Assembly: GCA_964512175.1 (NCBI GenBank)
Contig: CAZEIC010000001.1
Coordinates: forward strand, 2,306-66,305
Direction of reading: 5' to 3'
Length of the DNA stretch: 64,000 nt
Source of the DNA: an uncultured Oscillospiraceae bacterium
GTDB taxonomy: Bacteria > Bacillota > Clostridia > Christensenellales > Aristaeellaceae
The translations under genes were made by a program, and so were the position numbers. The notes beneath the pieces are model-generated. The model made no database searches. It was not told where the DNA came from and saw only the letters and a list, made by a program, of their open reading frames with translations. Positions within the stretch are counted from its first letter, which is position 1. Each line of letters begins with the position of its first letter. Below are positions 25,454 to 34,844 of the stretch, in pieces.

Positions 25454-26698
25454 TTGTGTAGTATAATCATCGCAATACAACTTTCAGAGGAGGTGCGGGA
25501 CACGAAATACGTGCTCATCATCGGCGACGGTATGGCGGACGCGCCGATCGCCGCGCTCGGCGGGCGCACGCCGCTTGCGGCGCTAACGCTCCCGGCGTTT
25601 GACGCGCTGGCGGGCGGGACGCTTGGGCTTGCGCGCACCGTGCCCCCCGGCGTGCCGCCCGGAAGCGACACGGCGATCCTCTCGATTTTCGGGTATGACC
25701 CGCGAACATACTACACCGGCAGGAGCGTGCTCGAAGCCGCCGGGGTGGGCGTATTCCTTCAGGAAGGCGAGGTTTCGCTGCGGTTGAACCTGTGCGCGCA
25801 GGAGGGCGGCGTACTATTGTCGCACAACGGCGGCGGCGTCGCGGGCGCGGAAGCCGTCGCGCTGATGGAAGCGCTGGTCGCCGACGAGCGCTTCTCACAA
25901 ATTGCGAAAACGCTGGGCTTGCGCGTCACGATATCCGATACATTCCGGCACATCGGCGTGCTGCGCGGCGGCGAGGACTTTCGCCTGACCGAGCCGCATA
26001 ACGTACTGGGCGAGCGCGTGGACGCGCATTACCCGCAGGGCGCGTACGCCGAGGAACTGACGGCGCTGATGCGCGCGAGCGTCGCGTGTCTGGACGCGCA
26101 CCCGGTCAACGCCGCGCGGCGCGCGCGCGGGCAGTTGCCCGTAAATCTTTTGTGGTGTTGGGGGCCCGGGCGCGCGGCAAAGCTGCCGAGCTTCCCGGAA
26201 AAATACGGGCATGCGGGCGCGGTCGTCAGCGCCGTACCGCTGGTATGGGGCATCGCGGCGCTCGCGGGGCTGCAAACGCCCAAGGTGACGGGCGCAACGG
26301 GCGAACTGGACACGAACTATGCGGGAAAAGCGCAGGCGGCGCTTGCCGCGCTGCGCGGCGGCGCGGACTTTGCCTGCGTGCACGTCGAAGCGCCCGACGA
26401 AATGGCGCACGCGGGCGACTTGGAGAGAAAGTGCGAGGCGATTCGCCGCGTCGAACGGCTGGTCTGCCAGCCCATACTGGACGCGCTGCCGGGTATCGAC
26501 CGCGATTTCCGCGTGCTGTTGATGCCCGATCACCCGACGCTGCTGCACACGCGCACGCACGACGCGTCGCCCGTGCCCTACGCGCTCTACGATTCCCGCG
26601 CGCACGGCGCGCCGCGCAAGTTTTCGGAAGAAACCGCCGCCAAGGGGGACGAGATCCCCGGCACGCGGCTGATGGACAAACTATTTGAAAGGTCGTGA
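25454..26698 (+). CDS. apgM: Cofactor-independent phosphoglycerate mutase, archaeal-type (ApgM / metalloenzyme superfamily)
   Basis: KYVLIIGDGMAD is the typical ApgM N-terminus, and HVEAPDEMAHAGD and LLMPDHPT are metal-ligand regions. The true start is ambiguous (see the findings). The coordinates given are the maximal ORF. Confidence 0.85.
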   Translation: MCSIIIAIQLSEEVRDTKYVLIIGDGMADAPIAALGGRTPLAALTLPAFDALAGGTLGLARTVPPGVPPGSDTAILSIFGYDPRTYYTGRSVLEAAGVGVFLQEGEVSLRLNLCAQEGGVLLSHNGGGVAGAEAVALMEALVADERFSQIAKTLGLRVTISDTFRHIGVLRGGEDFRLTEPHNVLGERVDAHYPQGAYAEELTALMRASVACLDAHPVNAARRARGQLPVNLLWCWGPGRAAKLPSFPEKYGHAGAVVSAVPLVWGIAALAGLQTPKVTGATGELDTNYAGKAQAALAALRGGADFACVHVEAPDEMAHAGDLERKCEAIRRVERLVCQPILDALPGIDRDFRVLLMPDHPTLLHTRTHDASPVPYALYDSRAHGAPRKFSEETAAKGDEIPGTRLMDKLFERS

Positions 26699-26702
26699 CG
26701 AT

Positions 26703-27617
26703 ATGATCCTGTGCGACGCGCACGCCGACACCCTCTACAACCTGCAAACCCGCCCCGGAGCGAAAAACGACATCACGCTCGAGCGCTTGAAAAAGGGCGG
26801 CGTATCGCTGCAAACGCTTGCTATGTACGTCGGTCAGGGGCGCAAGGGCGACGTGGAAGCGCTCATGCGCGGCATGCTCGACCGCTTCGCCGAATTGAAG
26901 GCGGCGGGCTGGGTACAGGCGGACGACCCTTCCGAGGCGGTCGACGGCGAAAGCAAGGTCATGCTCTCGGTCGAGGGCTGCGAGCCGTTCGAGCTGGGGC
27001 TGTCGGTCATCGCCGAGTACCGCGCGCTGGGCGTGCGCATGGCGGCGATCACATGGAATTACGAGAACGGTCTGGGATTCCCGGCGGTATCGGGCAGCGA
27101 GGAGGGCTTGAAGCCCTATGGATTACAGGCGGTGCGCGAAATGCAGCGCCTCGGCATCGCCGCCGACGTGTCGCACCTCAACGAGCGCGGGTTTTACGAT
27201 ATCCTCGATAAGACCGACGCGCCGCCGCTTGCCTCGCATAGCTGCTGCGCGGCGCTCAAGCCGCACCCGCGCAACCTGACCGACCGCCAGCTTCGCGATT
27301 TGTTCTCGGCGGGCGGGTTCGTGGGCGTGAACTTTTACCCGGCGTTCCTGACGGACGGCAAATGCACGGTGGACACGCTGATTGACCATATCGACCACAT
27401 GCACCAGCTTGGCGGCGCGGGCATGGTGGGCTTCGGCTCGGACTTTGACGGCATCGAGCGCAAGCCCGAAGGGCTGGAAAACCCCGAGGACTATCCCGCG
27501 CTGCTTTCGGCGCTCCAGCGGCGCGGATATGATGAAAGCACCGTCGAGGACATCGCGGGGCGGAGCTTTCAGCGGTATTTCGCACGCCTGAAGAATGGAA
27601 ATCAGATTGCATTGTAA
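26703..27617 (+). CDS. Membrane dipeptidase family protein (peptidase M19)
   Basis: The protein starts MILCDAHADTLYNL and contains VEG...ITWNYEN, DVSHLN and GFGSDFDG, the zinc-ligand regions of M19 enzymes. Confidence 0.88.
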   Translation: MILCDAHADTLYNLQTRPGAKNDITLERLKKGGVSLQTLAMYVGQGRKGDVEALMRGMLDRFAELKAAGWVQADDPSEAVDGESKVMLSVEGCEPFELGLSVIAEYRALGVRMAAITWNYENGLGFPAVSGSEEGLKPYGLQAVREMQRLGIAADVSHLNERGFYDILDKTDAPPLASHSCCAALKPHPRNLTDRQLRDLFSAGGFVGVNFYPAFLTDGKCTVDTLIDHIDHMHQLGGAGMVGFGSDFDGIERKPEGLENPEDYPALLSALQRRGYDESTVEDIAGRSFQRYFARLKNGNQIAL

Positions 27618-27635
27618 TGCGCTTTGTACTATAAT
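27607..27635 (+). promoter_or_regulatory. Sigma-70-type promoter for the downstream membrane-protein gene
   Basis: TTGCAT (27607-27612), a 17-nt spacer and TATAAT (27630-27635). The -35 element lies inside the last codons of the dipeptidase gene. Confidence 0.55.
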
Positions 27636-27682
27636 ATGCGTAACGCCGAAAATCAACGGCGCACGGAAGGGGTTGCACCGCA

Positions 27683-28648
27683 TTGACCGACACGCACAAG
27701 AGACCGCCGTACATCGTCGCGCTGGAAGGGTATAAAAAGAACCTGCCGCGCCTGCTGCTGATGCTGCTGTTCCAGATTGCGCTGCGGCTGATATCGCTGA
27801 TGCCCGTGCTGTTCACGTTGAACGGCGGCAGGCTGCCGTACCTCGGAGAAACGTACACGCCCATCGTCAGCGTCGGCGTAACGGCGCTGCTGTATCTGTT
27901 TCTGGTCAACCCGTTTCGCGTCTGGGGCGCGAGCGTGCTGTGCTCGTGCGTGTCCAGAAGCAAGCGCAAGCTCAACGTCACACAGCCGCACTACAAGAAA
28001 TGGATGCGCTTGAGCCACAGGCGGCTCGCCTACGTGCTGCCGTGGACGCTGCCGCTGATTGCCATTTCGGTCTTCATATACGTCTGGTTCAACGTGCTGC
28101 CGTTCACGCAGGCGGGGCTGATCATCACCGATATCGGCGCGATCTTCGGCGGGCGCTATGAAACGGGCGCGGTCGCGGTGGGCGTGGCGTTTGTCGCGTG
28201 CGTGCTGCTGACGGCGTTTGGCTGGTGGCTGAACCTCGCGCTGGATTATCAGCCCGTGGTCGAGCTTGGCACGCGCCGCAGCGTCGAGCGCGCCAAGGAC
28301 GGGCGCGAACAGGCGTGGCGCGATCTGATCAAGACGACGGGCTTGAACCTGCTTCTGTCTATTCCGGCGATGATCGGGTACGCCGTCATCCTCTACCTGA
28401 TTGCCAAGGAAGGCTTGCTGGACAGGCTCACGGGCAACATGAAAATGGATTTGCAGGTCGCCGCGCAGTTCATCAAAACGACGCTGACGACGGGCAATGT
28501 CTCCTCCCTAACGGTCTGGCTGACGGTCGGCTGCGAGCTGATTTTGCACCTGCCGTTCTACCTCTGGCGCAAGCTCAACCACGCGGTCGTCGTGCAAAGG
28601 ATCTGCCGGCGGCGCGACGGCATGCGCTACGTGGACACGCGCGCGTGA
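27683..28648 (+). CDS. Polytopic membrane protein of unknown function
   Basis: There are several hydrophobic segments (LLLMLLFQIALRLISLMPVLF, VTALLYLFLV, LPWTLPLIAISVFIYVWF, among others). The TTG start follows GGAAGGGG. I recognise no motif. Confidence 0.6.
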   Translation: MTDTHKRPPYIVALEGYKKNLPRLLLMLLFQIALRLISLMPVLFTLNGGRLPYLGETYTPIVSVGVTALLYLFLVNPFRVWGASVLCSCVSRSKRKLNVTQPHYKKWMRLSHRRLAYVLPWTLPLIAISVFIYVWFNVLPFTQAGLIITDIGAIFGGRYETGAVAVGVAFVACVLLTAFGWWLNLALDYQPVVELGTRRSVERAKDGREQAWRDLIKTTGLNLLLSIPAMIGYAVILYLIAKEGLLDRLTGNMKMDLQVAAQFIKTTLTTGNVSSLTVWLTVGCELILHLPFYLWRKLNHAVVVQRICRRRDGMRYVDTRA

Positions 28649-29385
28649 AAAACAGCGAAAGCGCGCGGCTGGACGGGTTATTGGCGAGCCTCGCGCTCGG
28701 CTCGCGCGCGCAGTGCGCGCGCATGGTGCGCGAAGGGCGCGTGACGGTGGACGGCAAGACCGCGACCGACGCGGGCATGCGGGTCGCAAAGGAAGCGACA
28801 CTTTCGCTCGACGGTGCGGCGCTCGACGCGCGGACGGAGCGCCACGTCATGCTTAACAAGCCCGCGGGCGTTCTGACCGCCGCGCGCGACGGCAAGCAGC
28901 CGACGGTGCAGGCGCTGCTGCCGGAGGTGTATACCGCGCTTGGCTGTATGCCCGTCGGGCGGCTGGACAAGGACACCGAAGGACTTTTGCTGTTTACGAC
29001 AGACGGGCAGCTCGCGCACAGGCTGCTGTCACCCAAGCGGCACGTCTGGAAGGAATACGAGGCGACGCTCGACGGCGAAGTCGGCGCGGGCGATATTGCG
29101 GCGTTCGCGCAAGGGCTGACGCTGTCCGACTTCACGGCGCTCCCGGCGGCGCTCTCCCCCCTGCCCGGCGCTCGGGCGCGCGTGCGCGTGCGCGAGGGCA
29201 AGTTTCACCAAGTCAAGCGCATGTTCGAGGCGCGCGGAAAACGCGTGCTCGCGCTCAAACGGCTGTCCTTCGGGTCGCTTCTGCTGGACGAGGCGCTCGC
29301 GCCCGGGCAGTTCCGCGAACTGACGGACGATGAAATCGTATCTCTCTATCAAACATGCTCTGCAAAGGATGATGTAGGTGGCTGA
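28645..29385 (+). CDS. RsuA/RluB-type rRNA pseudouridine synthase (S4 domain plus catalytic domain)
   Basis: The S4 region is RLDGLLASLALGSRAQCARMVREGRVTVDG. The catalytic motif is GRLDKDTEGLLLFTTDG. The GTG start at 28645 overlaps the upstream TGA. Confidence 0.85.
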   Translation: MKNSESARLDGLLASLALGSRAQCARMVREGRVTVDGKTATDAGMRVAKEATLSLDGAALDARTERHVMLNKPAGVLTAARDGKQPTVQALLPEVYTALGCMPVGRLDKDTEGLLLFTTDGQLAHRLLSPKRHVWKEYEATLDGEVGAGDIAAFAQGLTLSDFTALPAALSPLPGARARVRVREGKFHQVKRMFEARGKRVLALKRLSFGSLLLDEALAPGQFRELTDDEIVSLYQTCSAKDDVGG

Positions 29386-29980
29386 ACAGTATTTCACGAG
29401 CGAACCCACCAGCGCGAACGCGCCCGTTACCTGCACGTTCGAGTACAGAGGGCGGCACTTGGAGTTTCGCTCCGACGCGGGCGTGTTCTCCAAGGGCGAG
29501 TTGGACACCGGCACGCGCGTGCTGCTCTCGGCGCTTCCCGGCGAGGTGCGCGGGCGCGTGCTCGATTTGGGCTGCGGCTGGGGCGCGCTGGGCGTGTGCG
29601 TCGGGAAAATCAACCCGGACGCCGAGATCGTGCTGTCGGACGTGAACACGCGCGCCATCGCGCTGGCGCGGGACAACGCCGCGCGCAACGGCGTGACCGT
29701 GACGTGCGTCGTGAGCGACGGCTTTGAACGGCTGGACGGCATGTTCGACCAGATCCTGCTCAACCCGCCCATCCGTGCGGGCAAGCAAACGGTGTACAGG
29801 CTGTTTTCAGAGTGCGCCGACCATCTGGCGGAAAACGGCGAATTGTTCATCGTCATCCGCAAGCAACAGGGCGCGCCGTCGGCGCTGGAGCATCTCAAAA
29901 CGCTCTTTGACCACGCGATGGTCGTGGACAAAAGCGGCGGTTACTGGGTCATTTGCTGTGTGGGAGGAAAAAGGGCATGA
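29378..29980 (+). CDS. Class I SAM-dependent methyltransferase, RsmC/RsmD-like small (MTS) domain
   Basis: VLDLGCGWGALG is motif I, and ILLNPPIRAGK is the NPPxH/R-type motif IV. It is co-directional and overlapping with the pseudouridine synthase gene. Confidence 0.8.
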   Translation: MAEQYFTSEPTSANAPVTCTFEYRGRHLEFRSDAGVFSKGELDTGTRVLLSALPGEVRGRVLDLGCGWGALGVCVGKINPDAEIVLSDVNTRAIALARDNAARNGVTVTCVVSDGFERLDGMFDQILLNPPIRAGKQTVYRLFSECADHLAENGELFIVIRKQQGAPSALEHLKTLFDHAMVVDKSGGYWVICCVGGKRA

Positions 29981-31152
29981 ATTACGATCGCGCTTTCTTT
30001 GACGGGGGTATCCAGCGGCACGGAACTGCCTGCGAAAAGTGGGACGACGAAGCGATGATCGCGCGGGACGATATCGCGCTCTGGGTGGCGGACATGGATT
30101 TCCCCTGCGCCGAGCCGATTGCGCGCGCCATCGCCGAGCGCGCTAAGCACCCGTGCTACGGCTACACGTTCCAGAGCGAGGAAGACGCGGGCGCGCTGCT
30201 TTCCTTCCTGCAAAGAAGGCACGGGCTGACGGTCAAGGCGGAGCAAACGGTCATGCTGCCGTGCGTGGTGACGGGGCTGCGCGCGTGCGTGCGCGCGCTG
30301 ACCAAGCCAGGCGACGGCGTGATACTGCAATCTCCGGTGTACGGTCCTTTCCGTTTTTCCGTCGAGGACAACGGCCGCCGCGTACTCGACGCGCCGCTTA
30401 CGCGCGACGAACACGGGCGCTGTCACATGGATTTGGCGGCGGTCGAAGCGCATCTGAAAGCGGGCGCGCGGCTGATGCTGCTGTGCAGCCCGCACAACCC
30501 GGTATCGCGGCTGTGGTCGGAGGGCGAGCTGGACGCGCTGCTTTCGCTGCTTATGCAATACGACGCGTATCTGGCATCCGACGAGATCCACGCGGACTTC
30601 GTGTACGCGCCCGCGCGCTTTACGCCGATCCTGTCGCGTCCGGGGGCGGAAAAGCGTGTCATTTCGCTGGTTGCCGCGAGCAAGACGTTCAATATCGCGG
30701 GTTTGCAGCAGGCGACGGTAATTTCTTTTGATGATAATTTGCTGAAAGCAGTGCAGCGCGAACTGCGCGCGTGCGGCGCGGTCAGCGGCAACATTTTCGC
30801 GCTGGCGGCGACGCGCGCGGCGTATTCGGAATGCGACGCGTGGCTCGACGCGCTGCTTAAATACCTCGACGAGGGGCGCGAGATCGTCAAGAGCGAAATC
30901 GCGCGGCTGCTGCCCAAGGCGGTGCTCTCGCCCATCGAGGCGACGTATCTGGCGTGGCTCGATTTGCGCGCCTACGGCATGACGACAGAGGTAATGATGC
31001 AAAAAGCCAAGGCGCGCGGCGTGGTGCTCACGTCCGGGACGTTCTTTGGCGACGCGGCGGGCGAGGGCTTCCTGCGCGTCAACTTCGGCTGCCCGCACGC
31101 GCAGCTTCGCGAAGGATTGAAACGGCTCGCGACAGCCATCAAGGAGGGGTAA
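29977..31152 (+). CDS. patB: MalY/PatB-family PLP-dependent C-S lyase / aminotransferase
   Basis: The N-terminus RHGTACEKWD is typical of PatB/MalY, SPHNP is present, and SKTFNIAG is the PLP-lysine region. The ATGA start overlaps the upstream stop. Confidence 0.85.
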   Translation: MNYDRAFFDGGIQRHGTACEKWDDEAMIARDDIALWVADMDFPCAEPIARAIAERAKHPCYGYTFQSEEDAGALLSFLQRRHGLTVKAEQTVMLPCVVTGLRACVRALTKPGDGVILQSPVYGPFRFSVEDNGRRVLDAPLTRDEHGRCHMDLAAVEAHLKAGARLMLLCSPHNPVSRLWSEGELDALLSLLMQYDAYLASDEIHADFVYAPARFTPILSRPGAEKRVISLVAASKTFNIAGLQQATVISFDDNLLKAVQRELRACGAVSGNIFALAATRAAYSECDAWLDALLKYLDEGREIVKSEIARLLPKAVLSPIEATYLAWLDLRAYGMTTEVMMQKAKARGVVLTSGTFFGDAAGEGFLRVNFGCPHAQLREGLKRLATAIKEG

Positions 31153-31156
31153 TATA

Positions 31157-32524
31157 ATGAAGGAATTAGAAGGCATCCTGCAATCGCTCAAACAGCCGAT
31201 GATCGACACGCTGCGCGCGTGGATACAGATCCCCAGCGTCAAGGGCACGCCGGAACCGGGCGCGCCGTTCGGGCGCGAGGTGCGCCGCGCGCTGGACAGA
31301 GCGCTTGCCGACTGCGAAGCGCTGGGCTTCAAGACAGAGACGTTCGACGGGTACGCCGCGCACGCCGACCTCGGCGAGGGCGAAGACAAGGACGCGCTGG
31401 CGATACTGGCGCATCTGGACGTTGTCCCGCAGGGCGACGGCTGGGACTACCCGCCGTTTGGCGCGGAGATCGCGGACGGGCGCGTCTACGGGCGCGGAAC
31501 GAGCGACGACAAGGGACCGTGCGTGGCGGCGCTGTACGCCATGCAGGCGGTCAAAATGGCGGGCGTGCCGCTCAAACGCAAGGTGCGCCTGATCCTCGGG
31601 TGCGACGAGGAATCGGGCTGGGAGGACATCGCGTACTACAAAACGCGCGCGGTCATGCCCGACATGGGCTTCAGCCCCGACGCGTGCTACCCGGTCATCA
31701 ACATCGAAAAAGGGCTGTGCCACCTCGCGGTACGCGGCGAGAATGCCAAAACCGGGCTGCGCGTGCTGGAAATCAGCGCGGGCGAGCGCCCCAACGTCAT
31801 CCCCGGCAAGGCGAGCGCGCTGGTCGCGGGCGGCGACGAATTGATCGCGGCGGTCGCGGAGATCGGCAAGCGCCACGGCTTTGACATGTCCGCCAAGCGC
31901 GAGGGCGCTGGCGTCCGCGTGTATTCCGAAGGCGTGACGGGGCACGCGGCGTATCCCGAGGCGGGCAAGAACGCCATCGGGCAGCTGCTGATCACGCTGC
32001 GCGACTTGGGCGCGGAGGGCGCTGTCGCAACGCTGGCAAACGCCGTGGGCATGGAATACGACGGCGAATCGCTCGGCGTGCGCGTGGAGGACGGGCTTTC
32101 GGGCAAGCTGACGTGCAATCTGGGCATCCTGCGCGTGGACGATTCTTCGGTGTACGCCACGCTCGATATCCGCTACCCCGTGCTGGCGAACGCCGAGCGC
32201 ATGGTCGACACGCTGCGCGCGCGTCTGCCCGGGCTGTCGGTCACAGTCGATACGCTCAAAGCGCCGCATCATGTACAAGCAGAAAGCAAGCTCGTACAGA
32301 GCCTGCTCTCGGCGTATACCGAGGTCACGGGGCTGCCGGGCGAGGCGATCGCCATCGGCGGCGGCACGTACGCGCGCGCGCTCAAGGAAGGCGTCGCGTT
32401 CGGCTCTACGTTCCCGGGCGATCCGGACATCGCGCACCAGGCGAACGAGCATATCTCCATCGATTCGTTGATGAAAAACCTCGAAATCTTCACGCGCGCC
32501 ATCATCAAGCTGGCGGGAAAATAG
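31157..32524 (+). CDS. pepV: M20-family dipeptidase (PepV/Sapep-like)
   Basis: Motifs include HLDVVPQGDGW, GRGTSDDKGP and GCDEESGW, and the length of about 455 aa is typical of PepV. Confidence 0.88.
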   Translation: MKELEGILQSLKQPMIDTLRAWIQIPSVKGTPEPGAPFGREVRRALDRALADCEALGFKTETFDGYAAHADLGEGEDKDALAILAHLDVVPQGDGWDYPPFGAEIADGRVYGRGTSDDKGPCVAALYAMQAVKMAGVPLKRKVRLILGCDEESGWEDIAYYKTRAVMPDMGFSPDACYPVINIEKGLCHLAVRGENAKTGLRVLEISAGERPNVIPGKASALVAGGDELIAAVAEIGKRHGFDMSAKREGAGVRVYSEGVTGHAAYPEAGKNAIGQLLITLRDLGAEGAVATLANAVGMEYDGESLGVRVEDGLSGKLTCNLGILRVDDSSVYATLDIRYPVLANAERMVDTLRARLPGLSVTVDTLKAPHHVQAESKLVQSLLSAYTEVTGLPGEAIAIGGGTYARALKEGVAFGSTFPGDPDIAHQANEHISIDSLMKNLEIFTRAIIKLAGK

Positions 32525-32540
32525 CCGCTGGGAGGACATT

Positions 32541-32897
32541 ATGGAAACGCAAACCATCACCTGTATCAACTGCCCGGTGGGCTGCCGGATGGAAGTGACC
32601 GTCGAAAACGGCGCGGTCACAGCCGTAAAAGGGAACACCTGCAAGCGCGGCGAGAGCTACGCGCATCAGGAGTGCGTCGCGCCCGAGCGCATGGTCACGG
32701 CGGTCGCGCCGGTCGCGGGCAGCGATATGCCCGTCAGCGTCAAGACGCGCACGCCCATCCCCAAGGGCAAAATCAAGGCGTGCATGGCGCAGATCGAAGC
32801 GCTGTCGCTGCAAGCGCCCATCCGCATGGGCGACGTGGTGCTCCCAAACGTCGCGGAAACGGGCGTGGACGTGATCGCCACCAAATCCGTGCCATGA
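32541..32897 (+). CDS. DUF1667 domain protein (small Cys-rich)
   Basis: ITCINCPVGCRMEV...GNTCKRG is the characteristic DUF1667 N-terminus, and the ORF is 118 aa. Confidence 0.8.
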   Translation: METQTITCINCPVGCRMEVTVENGAVTAVKGNTCKRGESYAHQECVAPERMVTAVAPVAGSDMPVSVKTRTPIPKGKIKACMAQIEALSLQAPIRMGDVVLPNVAETGVDVIATKSVP

Positions 32898-33835
32898 AAC
32901 CCATCAAAATGCGCCCCGCCTTTCGCCACGGCACGGACACCCCGTGGGGCGGCGACGGCTTGAAAACGCGCTTTGGCATCGACATCCCGGACGAGCGAAC
33001 GGGCGAAGCGCTGGTCGTCAGCGCCATCCCCGGCCTGTGCTCGCGGGACGATAGCGGCACGCCGCTGGACGCGCTGATCGCGCAATATGGCGCGGAACTG
33101 ACGGGCGCGCGGTATGCAAGCGAGTTTCCGCTGCTCCTGAAACTGCTCGACGCGCGCGACCGGCTCAGCGTGCAGGTGCACCCGGGCGACGCATACGCGC
33201 GCGAACACGAGGGCAAGCTCGGCAAGTCCGAAGCATGGGTCGTTTTGCATGCGCAGCACGGCGCGCGCATCGTGTACGGCGTGCAAAAGGGCGTGACAAA
33301 AGAGCAATTGCAAGCCGCGTCGCGGGAAGGCCGCGCGGTGGAGGGGCTTTTGCGCTTCGTGCCCGCGCGCGCGGGCGATGTGTTTTATATCCCGTCGGGC
33401 ACGGTGCACGCCATTTTGGAAGGGCTGACGCTCTACGAAATCCAGCAGTCCAGCGACGTGACCTACCGCTTCTACGACTGGGACAGGCAGGACGCGCGCG
33501 GTAACAAGCGCCCGCTGCACATCCAGAAGGCGGTGGACGTGACGGACACGGCGTTGCGCATGGATGCCGCCGTCCCCAAGCGGCTGGACGACTGCCGCGA
33601 ATCGCTGCTGGACACCGAGCATTTCGCGCTGGAGCGCTGGACGGGCGCGAAAGACGCGCGCGTCACGCCGCGAAACGGCGCGTTCGGCATCATCACGGCG
33701 CTTGCGCCCGCAACGCTCCTATCGGGCGGCGAAGCGCTCGCGCTGTCGCCCGGCGAAAGCGCGCTGCTCCCCGTGGCGCTGGATAATACGCTGCTGACCT
33801 GCCCGGGCGCGTGTTTGATGGCATATCCGGCATAA
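32894..33835 (+). CDS. manA: Type I phosphomannose isomerase (cupin)
   Basis: Motifs include TPWGG, LLLKLLDARDRLSVQVHP, GKSEAWVVL and GTVHAI. The ATGA start overlaps the DUF1667 stop. Confidence 0.82.
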   Translation: MKPIKMRPAFRHGTDTPWGGDGLKTRFGIDIPDERTGEALVVSAIPGLCSRDDSGTPLDALIAQYGAELTGARYASEFPLLLKLLDARDRLSVQVHPGDAYAREHEGKLGKSEAWVVLHAQHGARIVYGVQKGVTKEQLQAASREGRAVEGLLRFVPARAGDVFYIPSGTVHAILEGLTLYEIQQSSDVTYRFYDWDRQDARGNKRPLHIQKAVDVTDTALRMDAAVPKRLDDCRESLLDTEHFALERWTGAKDARVTPRNGAFGIITALAPATLLSGGEALALSPGESALLPVALDNTLLTCPGACLMAYPA

Positions 33836-33926
33836 AACTGTCAATTTTCGTATAAAATATCACGTTTCGGTACTTGCCGGAACGTGTATTCTTATGATAT
33901 ACTTCTTTGCAGTTGACGGAGGGCGT

Positions 33927-34844
33927 ATGGACAGATCGGCATTTGAGGCGCGCCTGTACGCGCTCGTTCCCGGCGACCGCGTGCGAAAAGACGCGGCGCT
34001 AGCGGAGTTTACCACGCTGCGCGTGGGCGGGCGGGCGGACTATCTGGTATCGCCCGCGACGGAGGAGCAGGCGCGGCTGGCGTTATCGGCGGCGCGCGAG
34101 TGCGGCGTGCCCGTGCTGATCCTCGGCAACGGCTCGAACGTGCTCTGCCGGGACGGCGGCTTTCGCGGCATGACGCTGCGCTTGGGGCAGGACTTTTCGG
34201 CGATGACGCGGACGGACGAAGGGCTGACGGCGCAGGCGGGCGCGGCGCTCCCGGCGGTCTCGCGCTTCGCGCTCTCGCACGGGCTGACGGGGCTGGAATT
34301 CGCCTCCGGCATTCCCGGCACGGTCGGCGGCGCTGCCGCCATGAACGCGGGCGCGTACGGCGGCGAGATGGCGCAGGTCGTGTCGCGCGTGCGCGCGCTG
34401 ACGCAGGACGGGGCGTTTGTCGAACTGTCGGGCGAGTCGCTGCGTTACCGTTATCGCGGGAGCGCCGTCATGGACGAGGGCATGCTGGCGCTCTCCGTCG
34501 ATTTCGCGCTGCAGCCGGGCGACCGCGAGCAGATCGCCGCGCGCATGGCGGAGCTTGCCGCCGCGCGGCGTGAAAAGCAGCCGCTGACATTCCCCAGCGC
34601 AGGCTCGTTTTTCAAGCGTCCGGAGGGGCATTTCGCGGGCGCGCTCATCGAGCAGGCGGGACTGAAGGGTACGCGCGTCGGCGGCGCGCAGGTGTCGGAG
34701 CTGCACGCGGGCTTCCTCATCAACACGGGCGGCGCGACCGCGAAGGATTTTCTGGATTTGATGGCGCTCGTCCAGCGCGAGGTATACGCGCGGTTTTCCG
34801 TGACGCTCGAGCCCGAAGTGCGCATCGTGGGCGAGGACATATGA
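33927..34844 (+). CDS. murB: UDP-N-acetylenolpyruvoylglucosamine reductase
   Basis: Motifs include TTLRVGGRADYLV, ILGNGSNVL, GIPGTVGGAAAMNAGAYG and PSAGSFFKRP. The start is preceded by GGAGGG. Confidence 0.92.
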   Translation: MDRSAFEARLYALVPGDRVRKDAALAEFTTLRVGGRADYLVSPATEEQARLALSAARECGVPVLILGNGSNVLCRDGGFRGMTLRLGQDFSAMTRTDEGLTAQAGAALPAVSRFALSHGLTGLEFASGIPGTVGGAAAMNAGAYGGEMAQVVSRVRALTQDGAFVELSGESLRYRYRGSAVMDEGMLALSVDFALQPGDREQIAARMAELAAARREKQPLTFPSAGSFFKRPEGHFAGALIEQAGLKGTRVGGAQVSELHAGFLINTGGATAKDFLDLMALVQREVYARFSVTLEPEVRIVGEDI

